Shown: positions 37,498-51,159 of the stretch, piece after piece
How positions within the stretch are numbered: position 1 is the stretch's first letter
Layout: the number at the start of each line of letters is the position of its first letter
Source: Octopus bimaculoides
Taxonomy: Eukaryota
DNA length: 64,000 bases
NCBI RefSeq assembly: GCF_001194135.2
Contig: NC_068983.1
Location: 27,896,985 to 27,960,984, forward strand
Direction: 5' to 3'
Position numbers and translations under genes: made by a program
The notes under the pieces: generated by a model
What the model was told of the DNA's origin: nothing
Database searches by the model: none
The model's input: the letters and a program-made list of their open reading frames with translations, nothing else

Positions 37498-37901
37498 GGA
37501 AGATGTCCAAGTGATGTTAGAGCATGTGAATTTATAGCCTAAAAATAGCAGTTAAATCTCCCTAAGTCATACCCTACTATCTTAGAAAACTTGTCACAGA
37601 ATAACGTGATTCTAAATCCACTGCCCTCAAGAAAAAGATGGAATCTTTACGGTTAAAATGCTCTTACTATAAGTCTGATCCGTCAGGACTGAACTGCTGT
37701 TTAACAACAGCAATAAATTTACACAGACGGTCACGATTTTCAGGCCTCAAAAATTGGAGTAGGTTTGTCAGTCGATACGGCTAACCACTGGCACTTGACT
37801 ACAGTTTTACTTAGTGGAATTTGAGCTCAGCATGAAAGAGATGGAAAATGCGTTAACCATGTTGTCTGACGTGCTAATGATCCTTTCTACTATAGGCACA
37901 A

Positions 37902-38028
37902 GGAGGGTATATCAACCGAAACGTTGTGTTAACAATAAACAAAATGAGAAAAAATATCCGTCAATTGTAAATAATGTAAACAATGTAAATAATGTACATA
38001 ATTCCTCATCTCTTAAATATAGAACTGT
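37902..38028 (+). mobile_element. Third, 5'-truncated copy of the Penelope pLTR, inserted in a SINE C
   Basis: GAGGGTATATCAACC-GAAAC-GTT-GTGTT...(AATGTAAAT)n...CTCATCTCTTAAATATAGAACTGT; the GAAAC half is intact. Confidence 0.8.
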
Positions 38029-38521
38029 AGTGTTTGTTCTGATTCTCTGTCCACTGAGTTCAAATCCCGTACAGGTCAATCAGCTTAGCCATTTTGAGGG
38101 CGGGGGACAGTCGATTACATTGATCCTAGTACTAGTACTCAACTGCTACTTAATTTATCGACCCCGAAAGGANNNNNNNNNNNNNNNNNNNNNNNNNNNN
38201 NNNNNNNNNNNNNNNNNNNNNNNNNNNNNNNNNNNNNNNNNNNNNNNNNNNNNNNNNNNNNNNNNNNNNNNNNNNNNNNNNNNNNNNNNNNNNNNNNNNN
38301 NNNNNNNNNNNNNNNNNNNNNNNNNNNNNNNNNNNNNNNNNNNNNNNNNNNNNNNNNNNNNNNNNNNNNNNNNNNNNNNNNNNNNNNNNNNNNNNNNNNN
38401 NNNNNNNNNNNNNNNNNNNNNNNNNNNNNNNNNNNNNNNNNNNNNNNNNNNNNNNNNNNNNNNNNNNNNNNNNNNNNNNNNNNNNNNNNNNNNNNNNNNN
38501 NNNNNNNNNNNNNNNNNNNNN

Positions 38522-38870
38522 ACTTATTTTATGGAAAAAAAAAGAAATAAAAAAGAAAGTTAACCTTGGTGATATTTGAACTCAAAATGTAAAGCGGGGC
38601 AAAATTTTGCTAAGCATTTTGCCCGGCGTGCTAACGATTCTGCCAGCTCGCCGCATAAGCAGGAATTTGATAATGGCTTCAAATTTTGGCACAAGGCCAG
38701 AAAATCTAGGAGAGGGTATAAATCGATCTCATCGATTCCAGTGTTCGACTGGCACTTATTTTATGGAAAAAAAAAGAAAGTCAACCTTGGTGATATTTGA
38801 ACTCAAAATGTAAAGCGGGGCAAAGTTTTGCTAAGCATTTTGCCCAGCGTGCTAACGATTCTGCCAACCG
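38522..38870 (-). mobile_element. Degenerate SINE C duplicated in tandem (period about 232 bp)
   Basis: ACTTATTTTATGGAAAAAAAAAG...CTAACGATTCTGCCA occurs twice with a few substitutions. Confidence 0.75.
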
Positions 38871-39779
38871 GAACGCTCCTCTTGGGAGTTAGATAATAAG
38901 AATAAAATTAGTTTATTAAATCGTTTTGATTTTTATGCTTCCCCATTCATTAGGCTCTATAATTTAAAGAACAGTGAAATGAAGAATATAAAAATTGAAT
39001 TATTTTTTGAATTTGTCTTCGGTTGTAAATATGTGTATATGTGATACGCGTGTGCGTGTGAGGCTGTGTGCAGGCATATATATTCGCTAGAATTTATGTA
39101 CTTTTATGTGTTGCTGTGTGGGTCTGAATATATATGTGTTGGGTGTGATAGCTGCATGCAACAACTATTTCCCTAATGATTTATTTTTCTGATGTTTGCT
39201 AATATTTGGAAAATAAACAATTTGGTATTGGTTCATAAATGTATTCTAAATTTGGAGCAGTGAGACGATTTACAATAGAATTATTTCAGTGAATCATGAT
39301 ATTTTAGAGGGTTTTTTTTTTAATTTTCTATCCTTTCTTTATGTAGTTTTTCGAAATTAGAGTGTATGTATTTATACAGATATGTACGTGTATGTGTATG
39401 TATACAGTACATATGTACATACACCCACTAATACGCATATCAACACATAGAGATACGCACGCACCTAAATATATATACAGAGTGTCTGGGCTAAAATTGA
39501 CGGTTTGCATATACTGTATCGCAGGTTCGAATGACGTACCTTCACCGAACGTATTTCTTTATTTGCCTATAGGAGGATACACAGAGGGGACAGAACAAGG
39601 ACATTCACAACACAGGGCTGGGGTTACAAACATGATAAAAATTGATTAAAATTGGTTTGCTGAAATCGACGGTATGAAATCGAAAAAGTGAAAAACGAAT
39701 GAAAATTTTTAAAAGTTAAATGATTATAATAATTTATAAGACTTCGGGTTTTTATTTAACCCGCCGGCTTTCTCTTTTT

Positions 39780-40505
39780 TCTTTTAATTCCATTGTAATT
39801 ACCGTATTTTTGTCTTTTTTTTTCTTTTCACCTTGATCGGCTACACTAGCACGGCCCCATTCAATCTCAGCATTTCGATAACAGTTATCCATCTTTTCTC
39901 GAATACTCTTTGAGACAGGCACTTTTTCTCCGGACTGATCTTCCTTGTCAGGTGGTAGTTAAAATAACTCACGATACCGCTTCCAGAGATAAAGTAGCCC
40001 GTCTCAATTCCCCTTCCACGCGTCAGCGATATTGTGTCTTACAGTATGGCTACTGCACAGTAAAAGGACGCCTTTCTTTCCTTATTAAAGGAGGAAGGTG
40101 GTACGATCTTAATTATGGACTCAGTCGATAGCCGTACTCTTTCCGTCTCCGACATCCGTTGTTCGATATAGGCTATCTGTTACCTCAATTCCTCACAATG
40201 TACGAAGGCGTGCGCGACAGTTTCACTGACGCGCCTGCACCTCGGGCATGTGAGGGAGGTGTCAAACCCGTGTCTTGACAACCTTTCTTGAACCGGCAAG
40301 GCCGATCGGTAGCACTGCCAGGCCAGGGATTTCTGGGAGTTATCCAGATATCTCGGCCTAAATGTCCTTCCGAACAGGTTGGCTAGCTGGTCCCCATCGA
40401 AATCCAGAGCCTCCCCCAGGACGTCATCGGACTCATGCTCTACCAACCCTCTATAGAAATCCGCAGTTATAGCCCCGCTGCCGGCACTACTCGCCCGGGA
40501 GAACA
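39780..40505 (-). mobile_element. Tx1/L1-like LINE ORF2 C-terminus with zinc knuckle (zf-RVT)
   Basis: LDNSQKSLAWQCYRSALPVQERLSRHG...CPRC...ETVAHAFVHC, continuing ...SYFNYHLTRKISPEKKCLSQRVFEKRW...*. Confidence 0.85.
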
Positions 40506-40669
40506 GAGTGAGTGCTTGTCTGCACTCCTTCTGCCATTCACCCGTTCTAGGTCTTTATATGTACTCATATGCGTATACAGATATTAATATATACGTATAC
40601 ACACACATGTACACACACTCATACATACATTTACACACATTCATACATATAATTTTTTTTTGCGCCTTT

Positions 40670-40966
40670 TTAAAGCTTAGCCAGGCTCATGGGCACGCTT
40701 CCCCGGTTTCTATGGCCTATGTGTTTCCCCCAACCGCAGCTGGACGGGACGCCAGTCCTTTGCAGCGTTACTCAAGAAACAGGAAGAAAGAGTGAGAGAA
40801 AGTTCGGGCGAAAGAATACAACAGGGGTCGCCATCCCCCCCCCCTGCCGGACCCTTGTGGAGCTTTAGGTGTTTTCGTTCAATAAACACACGTCCGGTCT
40901 GGGAATCGAAACCGCGATCCTCCGACCGCGAGTCCGCTTCCCTAACCACTGGGGCATTGCGCCTCA
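40670..40966 (-). mobile_element. SINE head A joined to tail 2
   Basis: 5' about 190 bp matches family A; the 3' part AGTAAC...GACTGG...GTCCA...AGAAACCGGGGAAGCG matches the tail of the family D copy at 49468. Confidence 0.75.
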
Positions 40967-41532
40967 CACACATTTATGCATGTGTATATCCATATATATA
41001 TATATGTGTGTGTGTGTTAATATATACTCAACATCACCCATTGACATGTTTACATTTCGTTCAAGTGTTTGTATATTAGATGTGTGAATGTATGTGTAAA
41101 TGTTTACTTAAATATTTCAAACAAAACCAGGCTTAATTAATCTAACGAACACAATGAAGACCTGGGAAGTTTACAATGACGCCTCATCGATCTACCATAA
41201 ACAAACTTCTTTCTGACACTTCCACTTCTACTTATTTGATATACTCTTTCCTCGTTTTGTATTCCTTCGCTTCATAATTCCACCATTTCCCTTCACCCAG
41301 CTCAACCGCGATCCGCGATCCTCTAGAATAAGACATTCCATTCCCTCACCCATACAGCCTAATATCTATTTTAATTAATCATCGCTATCGGTTGACCCTA
41401 TTTCTTAATAAACTCAAAAAGAATTTCCGTGCTTCATCAAATATGTTGAGTCTGAAGGATCTTTGAAAGACAAACATATTTACATTACCACATGACTTGG
41501 TAGTATATACCATGTTTACCCGAGTGGTTCTT

Positions 41533-41870
41533 AAATGCGTGGCTCATTGGTTTGAGCGTCAAGTTCACAATCATGAGGTTGTGAGTTCGATACCTGGACC
41601 GGGTTGTGTATTGTGTTCTCGAGCAAGACACTTCATTTCAAGTTGTTCCAGTTCACTCAGCTGTAGAAATGAGTTGCGATGTCACTGGTGCCAAGCTGCA
41701 TCGGTTTTTAACTTTCTCCTGAATAACATCGATGATGTGGAGAGGGGAGGCTTGTATTTATGGGCGACTGTTGATCTTCCATAAACAATCTTGCCCGGAC
41801 TCGTGTCACGGAGAACATTTTAAGTGCAATCCCATGGTCATTCATGACCGAAGGGGATCTTTTTACAGTC
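41533..41870 (+). mobile_element. SINE family D head + tail 3
   Basis: GCGTGGCTCATTGG...GAGTTCGATACC head and GAGCAAGACACTT core. Confidence 0.7.
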
Positions 41871-42984
41871 GCAAGCAAACACCAACACCCATCCGGCCCT
41901 CCCATTATCGTCCCTGCTGTACATCGAGGATGTAACAACTGAGGAAAGAGTCGAGCGACACGATTTCTAATACTTCTAAACATTGATCTACCAGGGTCTA
42001 GAAGCTCGCCCATATATACTATATCAAATGCGCATGTCTGTCACATAACCTCGTATAAGCAAATTACGTTTGCAACAGGGACTCATAATTCTTTATATAA
42101 TTTTGTTACTATTTATTTTTCATTTATTTTCTTATAGATTTATTATGTATGTGCCATACATATACTGTGTAATACTTATCTCGAAACCACATTGAACTGC
42201 ATATGACCGGAGCGGACATGAACGCTAGACCGTGCAATTTACAATTTATCATCTCTCAGTCACCATGTTGATTTTAATTCCAAAGGTCAACCAGCACACC
42301 AAGTTACAGAAGCATATTTTTCTCTTCGTACACACACTTCGTTCATCACAATAATACATACTTTTGGTACACTTATCCTTTTTTTCTCTTTTTATTTCTC
42401 TCTTACACAGAAGATTCTCTCGGTAAACTTTTCTATATTAAATAATGGATCAGTTAGACATTTAATTCGAAAACCCAGACATAATGGTAACTTTTACGAT
42501 CGTAAAAATAGCATTCAGTTTAGTATTGAATGCTCTTTCGTCAAATATATTTGTATTACACAAGTGCGCATAAACCAAAGCAGTACAGTCTTAGTTCATC
42601 TGAGCGAAATATTCAATCATATCACTTAGTGTTAGTCGGTACAGTGAGATGATGTGAATTAAACAAACGACCGTAAGTGACAAATAAGCCATGTGAAAAG
42701 AAGATGGAATATATAAGAGTTAAAATTGTGAGTGTGTGTTTTCTCAACTGAATAAATTCAGTAAAACCTGGATTCTAATGCCGTCCAAAATTATTAACTT
42801 CCCGTTAACTAATTCCTGTCTTTTCTTTTCTAGTATATTCAAAAATATAATTATCTACCGCTTCATTCTAGAAATGTTTAACTTCAAACTTATATAAGAA
42901 ATAATTAATTTTAATTTTTAGTCAGAATCGCCTGCCTTTTCCACACTTGAACCTTCTGTGATAGGATACTTCAGCTAATTGGGA

Positions 42985-43400
42985 ATTTTAATTGGAATGT
43001 ATGGTTATGAATTTCGTTTCGCTACCAGGCGGTTTCAGGTTCAGTCCCACTGCACAGCATTTTGGACAAGTGTTTTCTGCAAAAACCCGATCTGACCAAT
43101 GCTCAATGAATAAATTTGGTAGATGGAACCCGTGTGGAAGCTCTTTGTGTGCGTATATATTATATGTATAGATACGTGTGTGTGTGTATTTGTATCTGTT
43201 CCCTCACAGCTTGACAACTAGCTTTTGTAATTTTATTTCTTCGTAGCTTCGCCGTTCTGCAAAATAGTGCGAAAGAATAATACAAGACTTTAAAACAGTA
43301 AGTACTGAGTTCGATATATTTTGTCTTTTCTTTCGACTAACCTCTTCTGGGCAGTATCCATCCTATCTGTAGTTCACTGACTGAAACAGTAAAGAGTAAA
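42985..43400 (+). mobile_element. SINE family B, old diverged copy
   Basis: GGTTCAGTCCCACTGC, TTGGACAAGTG and GACTGAAACAGTAAAGAG motifs. Confidence 0.65.
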
Positions 43401-44374
43401 AGTTGTTCTTGAAAATACGAAGCATAATTTTTCGATCACACTTATATTATATAAAGCTTATCTTTGTTCGAATTTGATTCATATTGCCTTGGGTATATTT
43501 CTTCGCAGTGTTAAGAGGATGAAAGTGTTTTCGCTGGACATGTTGATGGACTAACGCCTGTAAATTTCCGACAGTAATTGAAATCATGCTCCAAAGTAGT
43601 CCAAAGTTGTAACACAATTAAAAAGTATTTAATAATCACAAATGTATTGTTTGTTATCGCTGTTCTTCTTAAGGCCCTAAATTAACAAATTCAATAGACC
43701 TATGTTCTAAGTTTTTTTTTTCTTTTGGTTTTGTTCATGACCATAATGTAACCTTTTTATAAGTCCAAATTGTGTTATTTGAAGAATATTTAGCTGCTAT
43801 TTCTATTCACTTGAGCAACCACCTAAAGATGTTCTCGTTGGTTTCATCAGTTTATTTCTTTGTAGAACGGAACCATAAGTTCATCTTTCACCGCAGTAAA
43901 CGCCTTCCAGCCTACCCTTATTCCCCGCGAATGTTTGACGTCCATGTCTCGGCGCATACTTATTGTGTGTCCCAAACAAACGTATACTTTTACCTCTTCG
44001 ATTTATTCCTTTATTCAGCCATGTTCTATGTGTGGCGCATTAGCAGTGCTTCTTTGCTATAATGAACTATGGAACATATCTATCGGAACTAAATTAGTAA
44101 GCACTCTATTACAACAATTATAAGCGTATTCGTTTGAACGACGAGTATGTGGATATTAGAAGGGGGAAAAGCATTCAGGATTTCTATTTCTAATACAGTT
44201 TCAACTTTCTTGACATCTATTCCATTTTCCTACCCATTATCATACCAGGTTACCTAAAATTTCTTCAAACACTCTCGTATATTAGTTCTTACAAGGCTCA
44301 ATACTTGATGTATTCGACGACGGCTCACTTACGACTCCAACAGGAATTGGGGACCTCACTACCACCATAACAAC

Positions 44375-44590
44375 AGTAATAATTTCAATTTTAGGCACAG
44401 GGCCAGCAATTTTATGAGGAGGAGTAAGTCGATACCATCGACCCTAGTACTTGCCTGGTACTTTATTTATTGATAAAGCTAAAGGATAAAGCTAACCGCT
44501 GTGGAATTTAAACCCAGAACGTAAAGAACTGGAAGGAATTTGCTTAGCACTTTACCCAACGCGCAAACGATTCTGTCATCTCGCACTATT
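44375..44590 (-). mobile_element. SINE family C, degenerate
   Basis: TTTTAGGCACAGGGCCAGCAATTTT tail and GTCGATACCATCGAC hairpin. Confidence 0.65.
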
Positions 44591-47500
44591 AACTTGAATC
44601 AGTATAGAAGCCTCACTGTGGTCACTCGGTTGCAAGAAATGGTGGCTAAATCTCCTTCAAGTATCCCTCTATTGTGTTAAATAAAGGACACCTCATAATA
44701 TAGTCCTGCATATCTCTAAAAGACTAGACGGTTACGGCTGAACCACTATTGATAGTAGTTATGCTCAAATTCGGCTTGAATTAATATCTGAACAAATAAC
44801 GACAAAATGATCAATAATACTTCAATGATAATTTTATAGTGCATTGATGACATAAGTGAGATACAATAATTTCAAACAGAAATACTATCCGACTAAAATT
44901 TGTGTGATATCGACATACATAAAGCAGTAAACACTGAAGAAAATATTTAAAGAAAATAGAATAACATATGCAGAAGAATAAAGAAATATTTGACGATGAC
45001 AAGTATAGATCAACGCCTGACATATTTGTAATCTTTTGAGCTACCTCAACGAATGTATAGCTCGTCGAAATTTGTTTGTCTGGAAACTATCGGTGCACGC
45101 TGTCCGCAGTAATGCTTTCGTTTAGTTGGTGAAGTGCAAGGTCGCTTTTATTTTTCAGAGAAATAAATTAAATGAATCAATACTTCTTAGAATATATGAT
45201 AGAGCAAAGCAGAATCAAACTTACTGTGTTTTGATCTCATAAGATTGGGCCATACATGGCAGTTTCCCTGAGACCATATGGGTCTAACGGCTCAATTTTG
45301 ATTTATGTATGCTGTGGTTTGCCGTCAATATAAGGCCCAGTCCATTGATTTACGTTGTAGCCTATAATATTGTTAAACAGCCTTGCTTGAGGTGGAGGTT
45401 TAATTGATATAGTGTTAAATAAGTCCTGTCACAATGGTAAGTAGAACGAGAGTAAGAAAGTAACCGTGATAATAATAAGCTTTAATTCAATTTGAAACAC
45501 TTTCTTGAATAGGGATAAAATATCAAAGATAAAATATGAAAGATAAAATATCAAAAATAAAATATCAAAAATATTACCTAATCAGCTAAGGTTCTTCCTT
45601 TTTTAATGTTGCTTTATTGATTAAACAATTATTTTATATTTAAACACCTTCGCATCTTTCATTTTGCCGCCTGTAATATACGCATATACGTGTACTGTGT
45701 GTACACACGCATATAAGTATTCTTTTATATATTTGTTTGTGTGTACACATGTATATACATGGTCTTCCGTCTGAGTGTGTGTTATGTATGTATACTTATA
45801 CACACACACGTATTATGTATATACATGTGTGTATGTGTATGCGATCGCACGTGTACCTTTAAAGATTTTATCAGTCATCCTTAGAACGTAATACATTTAA
45901 AATTCTTTAATGGGTGCAAACAAGAAGAGATGAAACATCCTTTACCTTCGAAATCTTGATGAAATCAGTTTCAGAGAAAACCAAGTTTAGTGAAAAATAA
46001 GAAACCTACTCGATTGTCAGAAACATCGAGACTAATTGCAGCCTTGTATTCTCTAAAACAGATCACAATAAATCTTTGAAAATAGAAAAGAAAAAACAAA
46101 CATTTTCTGTAAATGGCGCATTTTAACGCACCTTATATATACCAAGAATATATCATTTGTGCGAATAGTTTGTTAATTTTTTTTTTGTTCTTGTCTTATT
46201 ATGATCGTTGTAGTTTTTGTGTTTCATTTTTCAAGTTTCTTTTATTATTACTTTCATCTATAAAGTAGTTGATGAGGTTTTCAATAGCTTTCGTCTTTAC
46301 TTATATATATATGTGACGTGTTGATCTTAGCACAACTGAAGTGTAATATATTCGTAATCTGGTACAACTTTTCTGCTATGATAGTTATACTCTGTGTGTC
46401 AGGCTAGCTATACTGTCTTTCTGTTGTGCTTTGCTGTGTCTGGAATATAGCAACAACCAAAAATCTTTCCACTTCTTTTAGCTGATAATACAGAAAGCGA
46501 GAATGGTTGAGGGAATGACTCATTTGATAAGATAGAATGTAATCAATATATGTGCAAAGAATGAACACATGTGGTCGGATTTGGTGAGAGACAATCATGG
46601 CCAGAGACACAGAAAACTGACGTTATTCAGTTACTGTGTTACTACAAAAGAAAGTATCCAGTTTTTAATCGACTCATTAAAAGATAAGAAAAAATTAATA
46701 TAAAAGATATATGTATATCAATGTCTTATGAGGGAATTTGGTAGAAGGAAACTGTATGGAAGCCCATCGTGTGTGTGTTTGTGTGAGACCACTGCTGTTG
46801 TTTCTTTTACATCCCTGTAACTTAGCGGTTTGGCAAAAGAGCCAGACTGCATACGTACCAGTCACTTTTTTGACAAAACACACACGTACGTACTTAGGAA
46901 GGTGCATAGGCTAGTGGTTAGGGCTTTACACTCTCGGTGTAAACCGTGGTTTCGATCCCCAGACCGGCGGTATGTTCTGTTCTTCAGCAAAACACTTCGT
47001 TTCACGTTGCTCTAGTCTACTCATCGTTAATAATCTGCTAAGGAAGGTTAGAGATGAAGTATATGATCGGGAGCCATCGTCACTTTCTTTACTATAAAGA
47101 GTGTAACTTGTCCAGGGAAAATTGATGTATAAAATATGTGTATATTCTCAGATATACGAATACTTCCTCTCTAAATTTAGCATATTGAGATTATGTTCTA
47201 GTTGTATACCCTATCTCTCTCTCTCTCTCTCTCGTACATGTATATAAGTGTACTTGTGAGTTTGTGAGAGAGAAATCACCTTAGGTTGAGAATCATTTCA
47301 TTCGACAAGGAATAGCTTGTGATGTTACCGTTCACTCAGTTAACTCTCTTTCGCACAATAATACCTGCATTCTCTTTCTGATAATCAGAAAGAGTCAAGA
47401 GCTCTTTTTTAAGTCATTCATTTACAAATAGATTATCCGCAGTCGATCGTTTCAATTATGACTGTTGATGGCTTTGTCATGACTTGATAAGCTTTTTCCT

Positions 47501-47924
47501 TACGGACGGTTTTTCGATTGGGTTTGCTATTTATTATGATCAATTCGTTTCCACTTCACATTCCTTTTTGCACTATCTTTGAACCTCACTCTAAGTCTTC
47601 CGTCGTTTCTTTACCCCTTGCATAGTTGAGAGTAAAGGATTTGTCATGGCAGTCTATTGTGAAAAACTTAGGTGACACGGTCACCCGGCAAGCGATGTAT
47701 ATGTAATTTGTGTTCTATCAGATGTTTTATAGTTCACTTCAGTCTCTGTCACATTCACTTTCACCATTCTGCTAGTCTCGTCATACATAAAAATTGCAGT
47801 TTAACTTACAAGTGGGAACTAACTTTGTGTATTGATGAGTTTGACAAATATTAAAAATTTTAAGTTGAATAACTGGTGTAAATTTTCATTGATGTGATGT
47901 GATGTAAAGAGAAAATCGGTACTT

Positions 47925-47956
<32 letters not shown>

Positions 47957-48612
47957 NNNNNNNNNNNNNNNNNNNNNNNNNNNNNNNNNNNNNNNNNNNN
48001 NNNNNNNNNNNNNNNNNNNNNNNNNNNNNNNNNNNNNNNNNNNNNNNNNNNNNNNNNNNNNNNNNNNNNNNNNNNNNNNNNNNNNNNNNNNNNNNNNNNN
48101 NNNNNNNNNNNNNNNNNNNNNNNNNNNNNNNNNNNNNNNNNNNNNNNNNNNNNNNNNNNNNNNNNNNNNNNNNNNNNNNNNNNNNNNNNNNNNNNNNNNN
48201 NNNNNNNNNNNNNNNNNNNNNNNNNNNNNNNNNNNNNNNNNNNNNNNNNNNNNNNNNNNNNNNNNNNNNNNNNNNNNNNNNNNNNNNNNNNNNNNNNNNN
48301 NNNNNNNNNNNNNNNNNNNNNNNNNNNNNNNNNNNNNNNNNNNNNNNNNNNNNNNNNNNNNNNNNNNNNNNNNNNNNNNNNNNNNNNNNNNNNNNNNNNN
48401 NNNNNNNNNNNNNNNNNNNNNNNNNNNNNNNNNNNNNNNNNNNNNNNNNNNNNNNNNNNNNNNNNNNNNNNNNNNNNNNNNNNNNNNNNNNNNNNNNNNN
48501 NNNNNNNNNNNNNNNNNNNNNNNNNNNNNNNNNNNNNNNNNNNNNNNNNNNNNNNNNNNNNNNNNNNNNNNNNNNNNNNNNNNNNNNNNNNNNNNNNNNN
48601 NNNNNNNNNNNN

Positions 48613-48880
48613 TTACGGGGACGTAAACACACCAGCATCGGTTGTCAAGCGATATTGAGGGGACAAACACAGACGCACGCACGCACACACACACACCTAT
48701 ATATATATATATATATATATACGACAGGCTTCTTTCAGTTTCCGTCTACCAAATCCACTTACAAGGCTTTGGTCGGCCCGAGGCTATAGTAAAAGACACT
48801 TGCCCAAGGTGCCACGCAATGGGAACTGAACCCGGAACCATGTGGTTCGTAAGCAAGCTACGTACCACACAGCCACTAGG
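48613..48880 (-). mobile_element. SINE family B, 5' two-thirds
   Basis: Intact tRNA-like head (GGTTCCGGGTTCAGTTCCC) and CACCTTGGGCAAGTG on the minus strand; truncated by the gap. Confidence 0.9.
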
Positions 48881-49467
48881 CAGGCAAATGAAAGTGAATT
48901 GATTTTTTCATAAGAAAAGTAGACAGGTAGAGAAGTAGATTATCGACAAGCGGGATCGAAACTGATTTGTGAGCATTTGGTTTAGTGGAAGTTTATCAAT
49001 ACTCAATGTCTCTTGCTTCAAAATTCTATTTTGATGTCTAACATAAAATACAAGGCTTTTCGTATTTAAGAAAGTGGATATTATTTATGGTGTTCATCAT
49101 ACTACTGTTAACTCTCATAGCAACACTAGTAGTATAAATCAAGTAGAACCGACAAGAGAAACAAGAAAAGCTGTCTCCCAAAGGGTTATGTGTCTACTCT
49201 ATGCTTATAGTTTCAAGACGTTATATTAACAGCTTTATTTATATTAGACAGCTCAAACCGGTTATTCTGTTCTGAGAATTTCTTATTTATTCATATTTTA
49301 AGGATGTTCAATAGTTGACGAGAATCACAGAAACTGAAGAAAGTTCTTCTACGATATCACTGGACCTGCTAGAAATAGCAGTCAATTTTTCTTCAAATCA
49401 CACTCTATAATCTTGATAAGAGGCAGGACTTTGGACATGTCAGCTGGACTGGAAACTATGGCTAACT

Positions 49468-49710
49468 TGAGCTTAGTGGTTAGGGTGTCGAATTCCTACT
49501 AATAAGATTGTGGTTTCGATTCCTGGACTGGGCGATGCGTTGTGTTCTTGAGCAAAACACTTCCTTTCACGTTGCTCCACTCCACTCAGCTGGTAGAAAT
49601 TAGTAACATTGTGACAGACCGGTTTCTTGTCCAATGGGGAATTTATACACCCAGAAACCGGGAAACCGGCCCTATGGGACTATATGACTCGGGAAGAAAC
49701 TTTATTCTGA
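49468..49710 (+). mobile_element. SINE family D head + tail 2
   Basis: GCTTAGTGGTTAGGG...GGTTTCGATTCC head; tail homologous to 40670-40790 (-). Confidence 0.75.
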
Positions 49711-49867
49711 ACCATTTTGGCGATTTACAATAGCAACAGCAACAAACACTAGCAACGGCACCAAATACTGTAACAACAACAGCGATAATAATAGCAGTAG
49801 CTGCAGTAACAAGTGCAACAACTGAAATAGATATAAGTGCATATTCACAGCTTAATCTGTAAATAAC

Positions 49868-49906
<39 letters not shown>

Positions 49907-50216
49907 GTGTGCCTGTGTGCTTACTTGTAATATATGTATGTGTATATATTGGCATTAATGTACGCAATAAATTAAATTAAGCATTGCAAACAAACGAAAC
50001 TCGTCATCTTGAATTGATGTTGTGAAACTTGTCACGTTGCACCACTTTACACTTGACTTAGCTGCAAGGTTTAGAAGTTTATATCACATTGTTCGATCCC
50101 ACTGCGCGGAAATTAAGCATCGGGTTGACCAAAACCTTGTGAGCTAAATTAAGTTGAAAGAAACTATATGGAATGTCGCTGTAGGGACCACCCTCTTTGT
50201 TCTTTGGTGTAGACGT

Positions 50217-50870
50217 AATCCGTTGCCCAGATTAACACCATCACCCAACCCTTCGATACATTTAACGGTGTTCATCTTGTTACAGGCATTAGAGCGCAAG
50301 TCTGGTAGCCTTAGGAACATGGGTTGTGAGGTGGACCATGAAAGGACTGAAGGCCGACACCGTCTTTGGCAATGTCTTCATCAATCCGTCGTCCAGTTTA
50401 ACACCTTACCCTTGCCTACATCTAGCTGTGTCCATTCTATTACAAGCATTGGGGGTGGCAGGTCTGATAACCTCAGGGATAGAGGTTGTGGTATAGACTA
50501 AACTGAAAGGGCTGAAAGCTGATACCATCTTTTTCCATGCCTCCATCAATCCGTTGTCCAGTTTAACACCATCACCTTGCTCTTGAGTACATTTAGCGGA
50601 GTTCATTCTGTTACAAGCATTGGGACATAGGTCTGATGGCCTCAGAAAAAGAGGTTGTGAGGTGGACCAGATTGAAAGGACTGAAGGCTGACGCATCCGT
50701 CCCTGGTCGTCATGCCTCCATCAACTTTTTCAAGTTACACCTGAAAAGAAAAGTGAGCTTGGAGAGAGAAATATTGTCTGGTAGCAAATTTGTTGGCAGG
50801 CGCATAAGAGGGCTGTATTGATACGAGTGAACGGCCCTACCCTTCCTCATCCCAGTTTGCCAGTTAAAAA
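50217..50870 (+). mobile_element. Tx1-like ORF2 extreme C-terminus containing three diverged units of about 165 bp
   Basis: Units start with AATCCGT at about 50217, 50383 and 50548; the last unit reads KEVVRWTRLKGL...INFFKLHLKRKVSLEREILS, aligning to the 39780 copy. Confidence 0.7.
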
Positions 50871-51159
50871 AATTAATAATCTGGGAGTACTAGACTTTTG
50901 AGAGTGGTAGGATAAGAACCAATCAGTTCTCAAGTGATGTCTGTAACCTGTATTAACTCCGTTGCCGGTGTTTTCCTCCTTCAGCAATAATATCCATCTA
51001 TGAATAGATGGTTGTTCCAGTTAAGCCAAGTCGCACGTCACTTCTAACAGAGATGATTTATTAGCAAAGGTATTTCAATCAGGACTATCTCCTTTTAAGA
51101 TTAGGGGGTTATGTGTATTACATTATTCAATACTTCCCTTCGGTTACCCTCTTTAGCAT

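Noticed and set aside
47372-47394. 23-bp near-perfect palindrome CTCTTTCTGAT-A-ATCAGAAAGAG
   Set aside because: Isolated, with no TSD or second copy; it may be a chance occurrence in AT-rich DNA.
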